From Promethearchaeati archaeon (GTDB taxonomy: Archaea > Asgardarchaeota > Heimdallarchaeia > Heimdallarchaeales > Heimdallarchaeaceae): a stretch of 25,269 bases of DNA. The notes under the pieces were generated by a model, which saw nothing but the letters and a program-made list of their open reading frames with translations, was not told the DNA's origin and made no database searches. The stretch's first letter is position 1. Each line of letters opens with the position of its first letter. The stretch spans positions 1 to 25,269 of the forward strand of contig JABLTJ010000040.1 of NCBI GenBank assembly GCA_013166775.1, read 5' to 3'. The translations under genes and the position numbers were made by a program. Below are positions 17,130-25,269 of this stretch, piece by piece.

Positions 17130-18125
17130 ATGAAGAAAATAGAAGCTAAGGGCTCTTATTATGAGATAGGTCTTCAATTAGGGAAAGCGCTGGAAAAAGA
17201 TAAAAGCTATCCTCCAAAATTCACTGAAGAAGTACTCAAGAAGTCTCTTGTATATGAGGAAATTGCTAAGAAATATGCACCAGATTTACTTGATGAATTC
17301 AAAGGAATTACAGATCATTTGGGCATAGATTATTATGTACCTATAACTCTTGAACTAACTCCACACAGATTTGAAACTTCATGTTTAGTTTTTGCAATCT
17401 CAGGAGAACATACTACCAGTGGTAATCCTATACTAGCTCGCAGTCATGAATGGAAGGAGGAAGAGAGTGAGAATCTGCGATTATGCTATATAGAACCAGA
17501 AGGGAAGTTAAAGAGTATGGGTTTCACTTTTAGCTGGCCATTAGTTTCAAGATATGGAGGAATAAATGAAGCTGGAGTAGCTTTAGCATCAGCATCATCA
17601 AGTTTCGAGAATAACGGACCTGGGATAATTCTAAATATAGCAACTAGATGGATACTAGATAATTGTAGAACAACAAAAGAAGCTGTTACTTTCTTAGAGA
17701 AGATACCCAAAGTTTGGGGAGAAACTTATGTTATTGTTGACAATGAGAACACTATTGCAAAAGTGGAATCACACGCAAAGAAGACAAATGTGACTTATCC
17801 AGAATCAGGTTTTACATTTAATTCTCTACACTATGATTCACCTGAGATGCAAGATTTCGTTACAAAGGAGGATAGAGAATTCTTCAAAGTTCCCTTTAAC
17901 AAGAGAATGGTCTTCATGGATAACTGGTTTGAGAAGAACAAAGGTCAAATAGTTGATTCCCTGATTCAAGAAGCTCTAAAGAGTCATGAACACGATATGT
18001 GTTATCATGGACCTGTGGGACTTGAAATATGTTGGTCATACTTACTCAAACCTACAGAGAAGAAGGCTTTGGTGTGTGCAGGAAGACCGTGTAAGAATGA
18101 ATTCAAAGAGTTTCATACTTACTAA
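17130..18125 (+). CDS. C45 family autoproteolytic acyltransferase/peptidase (Ntn hydrolase)
   Basis: GSYYEIGLQLG, DEFKGI, internal nucleophile context TSCLVFA...ILARSHEW, and GGINEAGV. Confidence 0.85.
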   Translation: MKKIEAKGSYYEIGLQLGKALEKDKSYPPKFTEEVLKKSLVYEEIAKKYAPDLLDEFKGITDHLGIDYYVPITLELTPHRFETSCLVFAISGEHTTSGNPILARSHEWKEEESENLRLCYIEPEGKLKSMGFTFSWPLVSRYGGINEAGVALASASSSFENNGPGIILNIATRWILDNCRTTKEAVTFLEKIPKVWGETYVIVDNENTIAKVESHAKKTNVTYPESGFTFNSLHYDSPEMQDFVTKEDREFFKVPFNKRMVFMDNWFEKNKGQIVDSLIQEALKSHEHDMCYHGPVGLEICWSYLLKPTEKKALVCAGRPCKNEFKEFHTY

Positions 18126-18225
18126 CTCTTATTTTTGATTAAGGACATATGAATCATTAATTTCAGATATTTCAATGATTTCAAAATAGACAAATATCAA
18201 GTTTGAAGAAATTTCAGAAAGCATC

Positions 18226-20136
18226 TTATCTAGATTTTATTTTTTCCATCATTTTCTTCGCAATTTCATTCTCTTTATCTATTTTTAGTAAGGTTTCGAA
18301 ACAAATTGATGATTCTTCTAATTTCCCAAGAGCATAAGTCCTTCTACCCAATATGCTGTAGATTTCTTTGAATTCTTTGTCAATTTCGACCACCTTAGAT
18401 ATTAAGCCAAGAGCTGTTTCAAAACTTTCAGTTACATATAAAATATTTACAATTGATGATATAGCTCCACGATATTTATCATGTTTTACTTCTGCAAGTT
18501 TTATCTTCTCAACAATCATATCTAAATTTAATTCTACCTTTCTTGTTGGAATATTTCGATTTATTATTCTATTCTTTTCCAAAATTACAACTTCGCCATC
18601 CACCGTAAAATAGATATTATCTTTATAGTGATGTAGTTTTAGACAGTCATTATTAATTAAGTAGAGATGATCATTAATTATGGTTAGAGCTACATAGTAC
18701 TCTCTTCCATAACTCTTTTGAATATAGATTCCAATAGATTCTTTCCATTCTTCCTTTTTATAGCCTTGTTCATCTCTTTCACTATCATTGTATTTTACCT
18801 GTGAAGGAAAAAGTGGATGGTCGTAATAGAAGGATTTGGGATTTCCTTTCATATCTAGTTCAAAACTGATTGACTCTCCACCCTTCGTAACAAAATTGAT
18901 AGCATCTTGAGTAAATAATTCTATTTCAGAATAGGTTGTTGGATATATGATTAATCTATCTTTCTTAAAAACCACATTGAAAAGAGGCATTCTATAAGTT
19001 TTGTATGTTCCTTCTAACCTTTGTAATAATTTAGCTTCAATTAATTTGTTGTGTGGAAGATTATTTTGTTCGATATATAGTTCAAGAGTTTTTTTAGCAA
19101 TTTTCCCGACAGAAGAGTGGTTCATATCATTTGTTAATACCACTACACCAATATTGTAATCAGGTACCCATTTCATAATTGTCTGATATCCATAACCACC
19201 ACCACCATGCTCGAAGGCTTGAGAATCTTTGATGTGTTCTAAAGAATAAATTCCTAATCCGTATCCATATTCTTTAGTTTCTTTGTATTGAATTTTGTAC
19301 ATATCAGCAAATAATTCAGGTTTTATGAATTCTTTATTACCTATTTTTCCTTTATTGAGATGAAATGAGACAAACAGTGCAACCTCTTTAGCACTGATAT
19401 AAAGACCTCCTGCAGGTAACATGGGAACTTGTTCATCTGGTGTGGAGTATAAACCACTATGTCCATGTGCAAAAGATGATTGTAAGGCTTTCTTAATGTT
19501 GTAAGTGGCGTTATTTATTCCTAAAGGGGTAAATAATTCATCTTTAATCACTTCCTCAAATGATTTATTTACTGTCAACCCCATAGCATAACCTGTTAAA
19601 TCTACGCCAATGTTAGAATAAGAATGTTCAGAACCAACTGGATTTTTTAACCAGCTTTTATTTATACTTTCTATATGCTCTTCGAATGAACATGGTGTAT
19701 CATCGAAATTGTTTCCTAGAGGTGCTTCATGTGTAAAACCAGCCCAATGACTTAACATTCTTCTGAAAGTGAGTTTTCTAATTTCTTCCTCAGGATTACC
19801 AAATTTTGTGTTTATACTGAAATCTGGATAGTATTTCCGTATCGGATCATCCAAATTAATGATTCCTCTAGTTGCTAGAATCAAGAAAGTAGTTGCAGTA
19901 AAGCACTTACCCATAGACTGAGTACTAAATAAGGTATCTGCAGTCACTTCTTCCTTTTTCTCAAGATCAGTATATCCAAAACCTTTAGACCAAATAATCT
20001 CTTCATCGTTAACTAGAGCAAAAGACAAACCAAGGATGTTATTTGTATCTATTTCTTTTTCTATAAAAGCTGTTATCTCTTTTTCTAATTCATTATTTGA
20101 TTTGATAATGTTTACCTTTTTTTTCATTTCATTCAT
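18226..20136 (-). CDS. Serine hydrolase, beta-lactamase class C-like (AmpC/PBP fold), with C-terminal extension ending in a TPR-like motif
   Basis: SxxK (QSMGK), LSHWAG, YSN, PAGGL and HGGG motifs; no signal peptide; C-terminal LGRRTYALGKLEESSICFETLLKID. Confidence 0.87.
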   Translation of the reverse strand: MNEMKKKVNIIKSNNELEKEITAFIEKEIDTNNILGLSFALVNDEEIIWSKGFGYTDLEKKEEVTADTLFSTQSMGKCFTATTFLILATRGIINLDDPIRKYYPDFSINTKFGNPEEEIRKLTFRRMLSHWAGFTHEAPLGNNFDDTPCSFEEHIESINKSWLKNPVGSEHSYSNIGVDLTGYAMGLTVNKSFEEVIKDELFTPLGINNATYNIKKALQSSFAHGHSGLYSTPDEQVPMLPAGGLYISAKEVALFVSFHLNKGKIGNKEFIKPELFADMYKIQYKETKEYGYGLGIYSLEHIKDSQAFEHGGGGYGYQTIMKWVPDYNIGVVVLTNDMNHSSVGKIAKKTLELYIEQNNLPHNKLIEAKLLQRLEGTYKTYRMPLFNVVFKKDRLIIYPTTYSEIELFTQDAINFVTKGGESISFELDMKGNPKSFYYDHPLFPSQVKYNDSERDEQGYKKEEWKESIGIYIQKSYGREYYVALTIINDHLYLINNDCLKLHHYKDNIYFTVDGEVVILEKNRIINRNIPTRKVELNLDMIVEKIKLAEVKHDKYRGAISSIVNILYVTESFETALGLISKVVEIDKEFKEIYSILGRRTYALGKLEESSICFETLLKIDKENEIAKKMMEKIKSR

Positions 20137-20227
20137 TATAGGAACAATATCGATATTTATAAACTAGTGTCACAATATGTAATTCAATTTTTCAGATTAG
20201 TGGAATAAGTTGGAAAAGTATAATAGC

Positions 20228-20359
20228 CATGATATGTCTTTTTATGGACCAGCAGGTTAGGAAATCTGTTGAACATACTTCCTCAAATTAAGCTAGAAGA
20301 AAGCTCTAGTTAGAGCTGGAAGACCAAGTAAAAATGAATATAGAGCATTTGAAATATAT
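20228..20359 (+). pseudogene. Decayed remnant of the 3' end of a C45 peptidase paralog
   Basis: Reads HDMSFYGPAG*EIC*TYFLKLS*KKALVRAGRPSKNEYRAFEIY against HDMCYHGPVGLEICWSYLLKPTEKKALVCAGRPCKNEFKEFHTY (17991-18122). Hand count: 26/44 identical, ungapped, three in-frame stops. Confidence 0.9.
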
Positions 20360-20389
20360 TTGATTATTATATAACTTAATATTGTTCTT

Positions 20390-22009
20390 CTATTTCTTTA
20401 TTTTTTCGAATAATTTGGATACAAAATCAGTTTTGATCTCTGTATCATTCCATAAATCATAAATTTTGAATTTATTCTTCTTCCACCCTAAAACCTTTGG
20501 AGATATTTTAGGATCCCAGTACTTCGAAGAAAATAAACTCCATAATTTTCCATCAAAGAATTTTGAATATCCATCATCGTATCTACTATGTGCTCTAATT
20601 ATAGTTTCAATATCCGATTTTGTACAGAATTCTTCTACAGCTCTTCTTCCGAATACTCTAGTTTTTGTCATTCTCAATCCCCTACCAAAGAATTTGTGTT
20701 CATCATCAAAATCTTCGGAAGGATCATTCCAAAGTACTTGAAACATATCTCCTTCTAAATCGTCATTTTTCTTGAAATTTCTTATCTCCGGAAGTTGCAC
20801 AACTTCTCCGTTTTCCTTACTTCCAATCCCTCCATGAGTGCAAAAAACCCTATCATCTATAACAGCTGCAATAGGCATTTCCTTGAACATCTTTAAGGAG
20901 ATATCATAAATCTCCTTGCTGTGACGTAAATGAGTTTCTATAGCGAAACCATAGAAACTAGAGATAGTTTTAGTTTCATGATTTCCCCTAAGTACATGTA
21001 CTTTTTCAGGAAATTCTAGCATAAGATTTGTAATTAAAGTAAGACATTCCAATTGCTGATTTCCATAATCAACTATATCTCCTATGAAAATTATGTGTTC
21101 ATAGTTTTTCTTCCAAATTGAAAGAGTTCGTACTAATGCTTCTAAATCTCCATGAATATCTCCAACAAACAAATAAGAATCAGATGGTAAATCTAAAACA
21201 ATTGGTTGACTAGCAAACTTCTTTGTTGATTCTTTCAAAATTTCAATAACTTTTTCTAAATCGAGATTGAATTCTTCTATTATTTTGGGAGTTATTGAGG
21301 ATCGTTTATAGGAAGAAAACATTTCTTTATAGGTTTCTCTTGCTTTATCATACTGCTCAGCTAAGATTTGAATTCTTACTAAATTCCTATAGTGAATGCG
21401 AATATTATCTCCAATATCGAGTTCATGTGCGATTGTTATAACTTCCTCAGCTATTCTCAATAAATCTGATTGATTCTCTTTGTATCTTAAAGCAAATAGA
21501 ATTGTATACCCTGCTCTTATTCTATGCCAATGATAATCCTGCATAAATGGTGAATTATAAATGAATTCAAAATATTCCGAGGATTTTTGGAATTCAGCTA
21601 ATCCAAGATACGAGGAAGCAAATATAATAAGGACTAATATTTTCAAGCTTTCAACTTCGATATTCTTCTCTGAATCTTGTTTGGATATAATGCTATTTGC
21701 TATTTCAGTTAATTCCAAACTTTCCTGGAATTTATGTATCTTCATCATACTGAATGCTTGGGCACATAATGAACCAACAGATAATAATTCGTCATCTACC
21801 TCTCTTGCAGTTTCATGCAATTTCTTTGCTTCTGTTAAAACCTCCTCTTTTCCTTGTTCTGAAAGGATAATAAGTTTCCACATATCGATTTTATTTTTTG
21901 GTAGATCAGATATAGTATTCAGAATTTCTAGTCCTTCTTCGAATTTTCTTAGAAAATAATAGTTAATAGCTTTCAAAACAATTGATTCTGAATTATCACT
22001 TACATCCAT
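20390..22009 (-). CDS. PPP-family Ser/Thr protein phosphatase with an N-terminal TPR-like region
   Basis: GDIHGD, GDIVDYG, LRGNHE...FYGF, MPIAAVID.RVFCTHGGI, LWNDP, IIRAH..DGY and LWSLFS motifs; about 240 aa of helical TPR-like repeats at the N-terminus. Confidence 0.87.
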   Translation of the reverse strand: MDVSDNSESIVLKAINYYFLRKFEEGLEILNTISDLPKNKIDMWKLIILSEQGKEEVLTEAKKLHETAREVDDELLSVGSLCAQAFSMMKIHKFQESLELTEIANSIISKQDSEKNIEVESLKILVLIIFASSYLGLAEFQKSSEYFEFIYNSPFMQDYHWHRIRAGYTILFALRYKENQSDLLRIAEEVITIAHELDIGDNIRIHYRNLVRIQILAEQYDKARETYKEMFSSYKRSSITPKIIEEFNLDLEKVIEILKESTKKFASQPIVLDLPSDSYLFVGDIHGDLEALVRTLSIWKKNYEHIIFIGDIVDYGNQQLECLTLITNLMLEFPEKVHVLRGNHETKTISSFYGFAIETHLRHSKEIYDISLKMFKEMPIAAVIDDRVFCTHGGIGSKENGEVVQLPEIRNFKKNDDLEGDMFQVLWNDPSEDFDDEHKFFGRGLRMTKTRVFGRRAVEEFCTKSDIETIIRAHSRYDDGYSKFFDGKLWSLFSSKYWDPKISPKVLGWKKNKFKIYDLWNDTEIKTDFVSKLFEKIKK

Positions 22010-22075
22010 AAGCTGAGTTAAATTTCGCTTATAAAAAGCTTATATAATTTTCTGAAAAAAAAAGAAGATACGATT

Positions 22076-22528
22076 CTAATAATCTCTTATGTCTTGAATT
22101 CTTACACCTTCTTCAGCTTTTTTTTCTTCCTCTTCAAGAAATTTATCAAATCCTTCTTTTTCGATGAATTTGATGTGATCAAATAGATAGGAGTATCTAT
22201 TTCTTTGATAGTCTGTATAAGGACAATTAGCAAATTCATCACATACAAGGCAGTTATCAACAATGTCTTGTTGTATTTTTTCACATTTCTTAACATCACA
22301 CCAACTTTCTGATGAATTTCTACAACCTGGACATGTTGAGTTAATGAACCATTCCAAACCTTTTAGAAAATTCTCATAATCAAACGATTCTTCTACATCT
22401 TTCAACCAACTATAATCTTGCTCTACCCATTGTTTGAATTGTTTAGCTAGGTCAGTAACCTCCTCAGTGAATCCTCTACACTGACCACAGTATACTCCAC
22501 ATCTTGCTAATTTTTGATTAAAAGACAT
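22076..22528 (-). CDS. Cys-rich DUF3795-like protein (putative metal/Fe-S binding)
   Basis: CGVYCGQC...CPGC...CDVKKC...NCLVCDEFANC pattern. Confidence 0.78.
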   Translation of the reverse strand: MSFNQKLARCGVYCGQCRGFTEEVTDLAKQFKQWVEQDYSWLKDVEESFDYENFLKGLEWFINSTCPGCRNSSESWCDVKKCEKIQQDIVDNCLVCDEFANCPYTDYQRNRYSYLFDHIKFIEKEGFDKFLEEEEKKAEEGVRIQDIRDY

Positions 22529-22573
22529 AATGGAACATCGAGAAATTCTTATTTAAAGTTAACTTGCTTTTTT

Positions 22574-22596
22574 GCTTGAAATCTTGCGTTTCAAGC
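22574..22596. promoter_or_regulatory. Inverted repeat GCTTGAAA-N7-TTTCAAGC between divergent genes
   Basis: Perfect 8-bp arms. Confidence 0.35.
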
Positions 22597-22726
22597 GGAA
22601 ATATTGATAGATTAAGAATAAAACGAATACTGTGAATCATTTCTTTTTGCATAATGAGAAATAGATTAACCATTTGACAAACTTTTAAAATAGGTTTTTT
22701 CTTTTCAATTTATCTTTAATCGAGGA

Positions 22727-24514
22727 ATGGGTATGGATAAAGGAGAAAAACCTAAGGTAAAGAATCCTTATGTAAAATGGTTCTTTGTTCATACCTTGAA
22801 TCATAAAGTACTTTTTATTATTAATTTCATAGGGATAGTTGCAGTAACCTACACACGGACGATTATACCAATTCGCATTGGAGCCTTAACTGATGATATT
22901 GTACTCAAGCAAGCTACTCAGAATCTATTAATAACTATGGGAATTCTGTTAACATTCTATTTCCTCAGAAACATAGTTGAGTACGCTACTTGGATGATAG
23001 GGCACCAATTGGGTTCAAAAACTGAACAATCGATGCGAAGAGAATTTTTCGAAAATGTTCAGAACAAACCTTTGAGTTTTCATGATAGGATTAAAACAGG
23101 TGATTTGTTAGCTTTAGCAACAAATGATTTACGAGTAGTAAATACGCTAATAGCACATGGTTCATTTTACGTTTACCCCTTTATTCAAACCGTTGTTACT
23201 CTCATACAGATTCAAACATTTAATTATAGAATGGCTTTACTTACTATACCTTTTTTGGGATTGTATGTCTATTTTGTACTTAGATATCGTAAGCATTTAC
23301 TTCCTTATTCGAAAGCATCTCTAACAAAACATGCAGATATTGCAGTTTCTTTACAAGAGAGTTTAAACAGTGTTCAAGTTGCAAAATCTTTTTGTGCGGA
23401 AGAAGTGGAATATAGTAAATTTAAGAAAACTGTTCAAGCATTCAGAAACAATAGATTAGGGGAAATTAGAATTCAAGCACGATTTTATCCCTTACTAACT
23501 CTATATGCTGCAATCGGAGTTTCAATAGTTTTTGGAGTAATACTAATCAGAAATAATGGTATGACTATAGGAGAATTGACAGCTGTTCTGCTCTTATTAA
23601 TCGCTCTCATTCATCCCACACAAATGATTTTCTGGGCTACAAGAGATATGATTAGAGGATTTGGGGCAAGTGAGAGACTGTTCTCTATTATTGATGTTGG
23701 TGAAGTCGAGCTTCTACCCTCTAAAAGAACTGCTTACTCTAATGTCTTTGAAGGTTCACTTGAATTTCAAAATGTTTCATTTACATATCCCAACGATAAT
23801 CCTAAAAATCCACAAATTTTAAAGAATTTAAACTTCAAAATTAAACCTAATCAAACTGTAGCTTTAGTAGGTCCAACAGGTTGTGGGAAAACAACTTTAG
23901 CTAAGCTTTTGTTAAGATTATATGATCCTCAAGAAGGAACTATTTTGTTAGATGGAAAACCAATTTATGAATATCCTTTAGAAATGGTTAGACAACAAGT
24001 TTCCTTAGTTGAGCAAGATATCTATCTATTCTCTCAAACAATAGAGGAAAATATTAAGTTTGGCTTTCCTGAAGCATCAAAAGAGAATGTTATAGACGTT
24101 GCTAAACTGGCTAATGCACATGATTTCATCGACGGTTTTGAGAAAGGTTACGATACTCTTGTAGGAGAAAGAGGAATGACTCTTTCTGGAGGAGAAAAGC
24201 AACGCATTGCAATAGCACGAGCTTTTCTTACAGATCCTGATGTTCTGATTCTTGATGATTCAATGAGTTCTATAGACAGTGAAACTGAGGAAAGAATAGG
24301 CAAAGCTATCAAGAATATTTTGAAAGGTCGAACCAATTTAATAATCACTCACCGGTTACATAGTATTCGAACTTCTGATTTGATTTTAGTTATGAAAAAT
24401 GGTGAAATAGTAGCTCAAGGAGAACACGAAGAACTACTGATAAGTTCCGAAGATTATAGAAAAGTATTCGGAAAGCAATTAGAAGACAGTTTTATTTCAC
24501 AGGGGGTAAATTAA
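22727..24514 (+). CDS. ABC exporter (type IV, TMD+NBD), subunit 1 of a heterodimer
   Basis: TMD, Walker A GPTGCGKTT, signature LSGGEKQR, Walker B LILDDS (Asp in place of the catalytic Glu) and H-loop ITHRL. Confidence 0.93.
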   Translation: MGMDKGEKPKVKNPYVKWFFVHTLNHKVLFIINFIGIVAVTYTRTIIPIRIGALTDDIVLKQATQNLLITMGILLTFYFLRNIVEYATWMIGHQLGSKTEQSMRREFFENVQNKPLSFHDRIKTGDLLALATNDLRVVNTLIAHGSFYVYPFIQTVVTLIQIQTFNYRMALLTIPFLGLYVYFVLRYRKHLLPYSKASLTKHADIAVSLQESLNSVQVAKSFCAEEVEYSKFKKTVQAFRNNRLGEIRIQARFYPLLTLYAAIGVSIVFGVILIRNNGMTIGELTAVLLLLIALIHPTQMIFWATRDMIRGFGASERLFSIIDVGEVELLPSKRTAYSNVFEGSLEFQNVSFTYPNDNPKNPQILKNLNFKIKPNQTVALVGPTGCGKTTLAKLLLRLYDPQEGTILLDGKPIYEYPLEMVRQQVSLVEQDIYLFSQTIEENIKFGFPEASKENVIDVAKLANAHDFIDGFEKGYDTLVGERGMTLSGGEKQRIAIARAFLTDPDVLILDDSMSSIDSETEERIGKAIKNILKGRTNLIITHRLHSIRTSDLILVMKNGEIVAQGEHEELLISSEDYRKVFGKQLEDSFISQGVN

Positions 24515-25269
24515 ATGGGACTATTCAGAAGCTCAATGAGACAAGAAGATGAACGTCAGTATAAAGATAGAGAACTATTCAAAAGGTTCATAGATCGAAT
24601 CGCACCTTATCGAAAAAATATCATGTTAATCGCTTTATTCATAGTTTTTCAAGCAATAGCAGCAATTACAGCTCCTCTACTAGTTGGTTTTGTTACTGAT
24701 GAATTAATTCGAGCTACTCCTCGTTATGTTTTAACCATAATAGCATCTGTAGGATTTCTGTTACTATACTTACTTAACTGGGGTGCATTTTCTATGCAAC
24801 AAGTACAATCAGGAAAATATGTTCCATATTTCTTAGAGGATTTACGTCTTGATCTATTCACTAAATTACAAGAACAAGATATGACTTTCTTCGACGAACA
24901 TATGAGTGGGAAACTCAATAGTATTGTAGTCAATGATACTTTAGATTTTAGTAACACAGCTGTACTCATTAGCAATACAGTTGGCAGTCTTGTGATAGGA
25001 GTCGGTACTCTTGGTATACTTTTTTACTTCAATTACATTCTCGCCTTGATTACTCTTGCTGCAATCCCTGTTCTGTTCTTGTTAATGTTTGCTCTCCGTA
25101 ATCTTGCTAAACGAGTGAGTAAATCTTACAGAGAAGCAATTGGTAGTGTAAATTCAGCTATGGTTGAAGCAATAGAAGGGATTCAAATATCCAAAAGTTT
25201 CGGTCAAGAAATCAACGTTGCTCATCAATTTGAAGAAATTAATGAAAACTATTTCCGTGCATGGATGCG
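24515..25269 (+). CDS. ABC exporter subunit 2 (TMD only; runs off the right edge)
   Basis: Not in the ORF track. ATG directly follows the previous TAA: MGLFRSSMRQEDERQYKDRELFKRF...DLRLDLFTKLQEQDMTFFDEHMSGKLNSIVVND...EAIEGIQISKSFGQE. Confidence 0.9.
   Translation, partial: MGLFRSSMRQEDERQYKDRELFKRFIDRIAPYRKNIMLIALFIVFQAIAAITAPLLVGFVTDELIRATPRYVLTIIASVGFLLLYLLNWGAFSMQQVQSGKYVPYFLEDLRLDLFTKLQEQDMTFFDEHMSGKLNSIVVNDTLDFSNTAVLISNTVGSLVIGVGTLGILFYFNYILALITLAAIPVLFLLMFALRNLAKRVSKSYREAIGSVNSAMVEAIEGIQISKSFGQEINVAHQFEEINENYFRAWM

Noticed and set aside
18160-18220. Several ATTTCA hexamers
   Set aside because: Low complexity in an AT-rich spacer between convergent genes; not CRISPR-like.
20302-20317. 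Perfect palindrome AGCTCTA-GT-TAGAGCT
   Set aside because: It lies inside the C45 remnant (codons A-L-V-R-A) and is probably incidental; co-option as an operator is unsupported.
20228-20359. Stop-codon readthrough or recoding (TAG/TGA) as the explanation for the C45 fragment
   Set aside because: TAG and TGA end normal genes in this window, the stops align to three different residues, and the 5' part of the gene is missing.
3685-24975. Numerous short ORFs antisense to or nested in assigned genes (e.g. 3685, 4454, 5404, 10629, 13758, 20466, 21561, 24724)
   Set aside because: They overlap well-supported CDSs and show no motifs.

Overview
AT-rich archaeal chromosomal window. The archaea-type PoK/PPS CoA pathway, BRE/TATA-like boxes about 25-35 nt before many starts and TM+basic-tail surface proteins point to an archaeon; an Asgard/Heimdallarchaeia-like host is inference only. 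Left to right: a CoA cluster (coaBC, partial and missing from the ORF track; panE; pantoate kinase; panB; phosphopantothenate synthetase) with a ferritin inserted; a run of processive GT2, alpha/beta hydrolase, DegV, paralogous hydrolase and MFS; a membrane-anchored winged-HTH protein, a helically phased repeat array and two anchored surface proteins; a bacterial-type frlB-frlD pair; a C45 peptidase; a serine hydrolase; an unannotated decayed copy of the C45 3' end; a TPR+PPP phosphatase with PP5-like architecture; a DUF3795-like Cys protein; and a heterodimeric ABC exporter. No rRNA, tRNA, CRISPR or transposase was recognised. The best candidate for an undescribed system is the transmembrane wHTH, phased operator array and surface protein module at 11337-13688.
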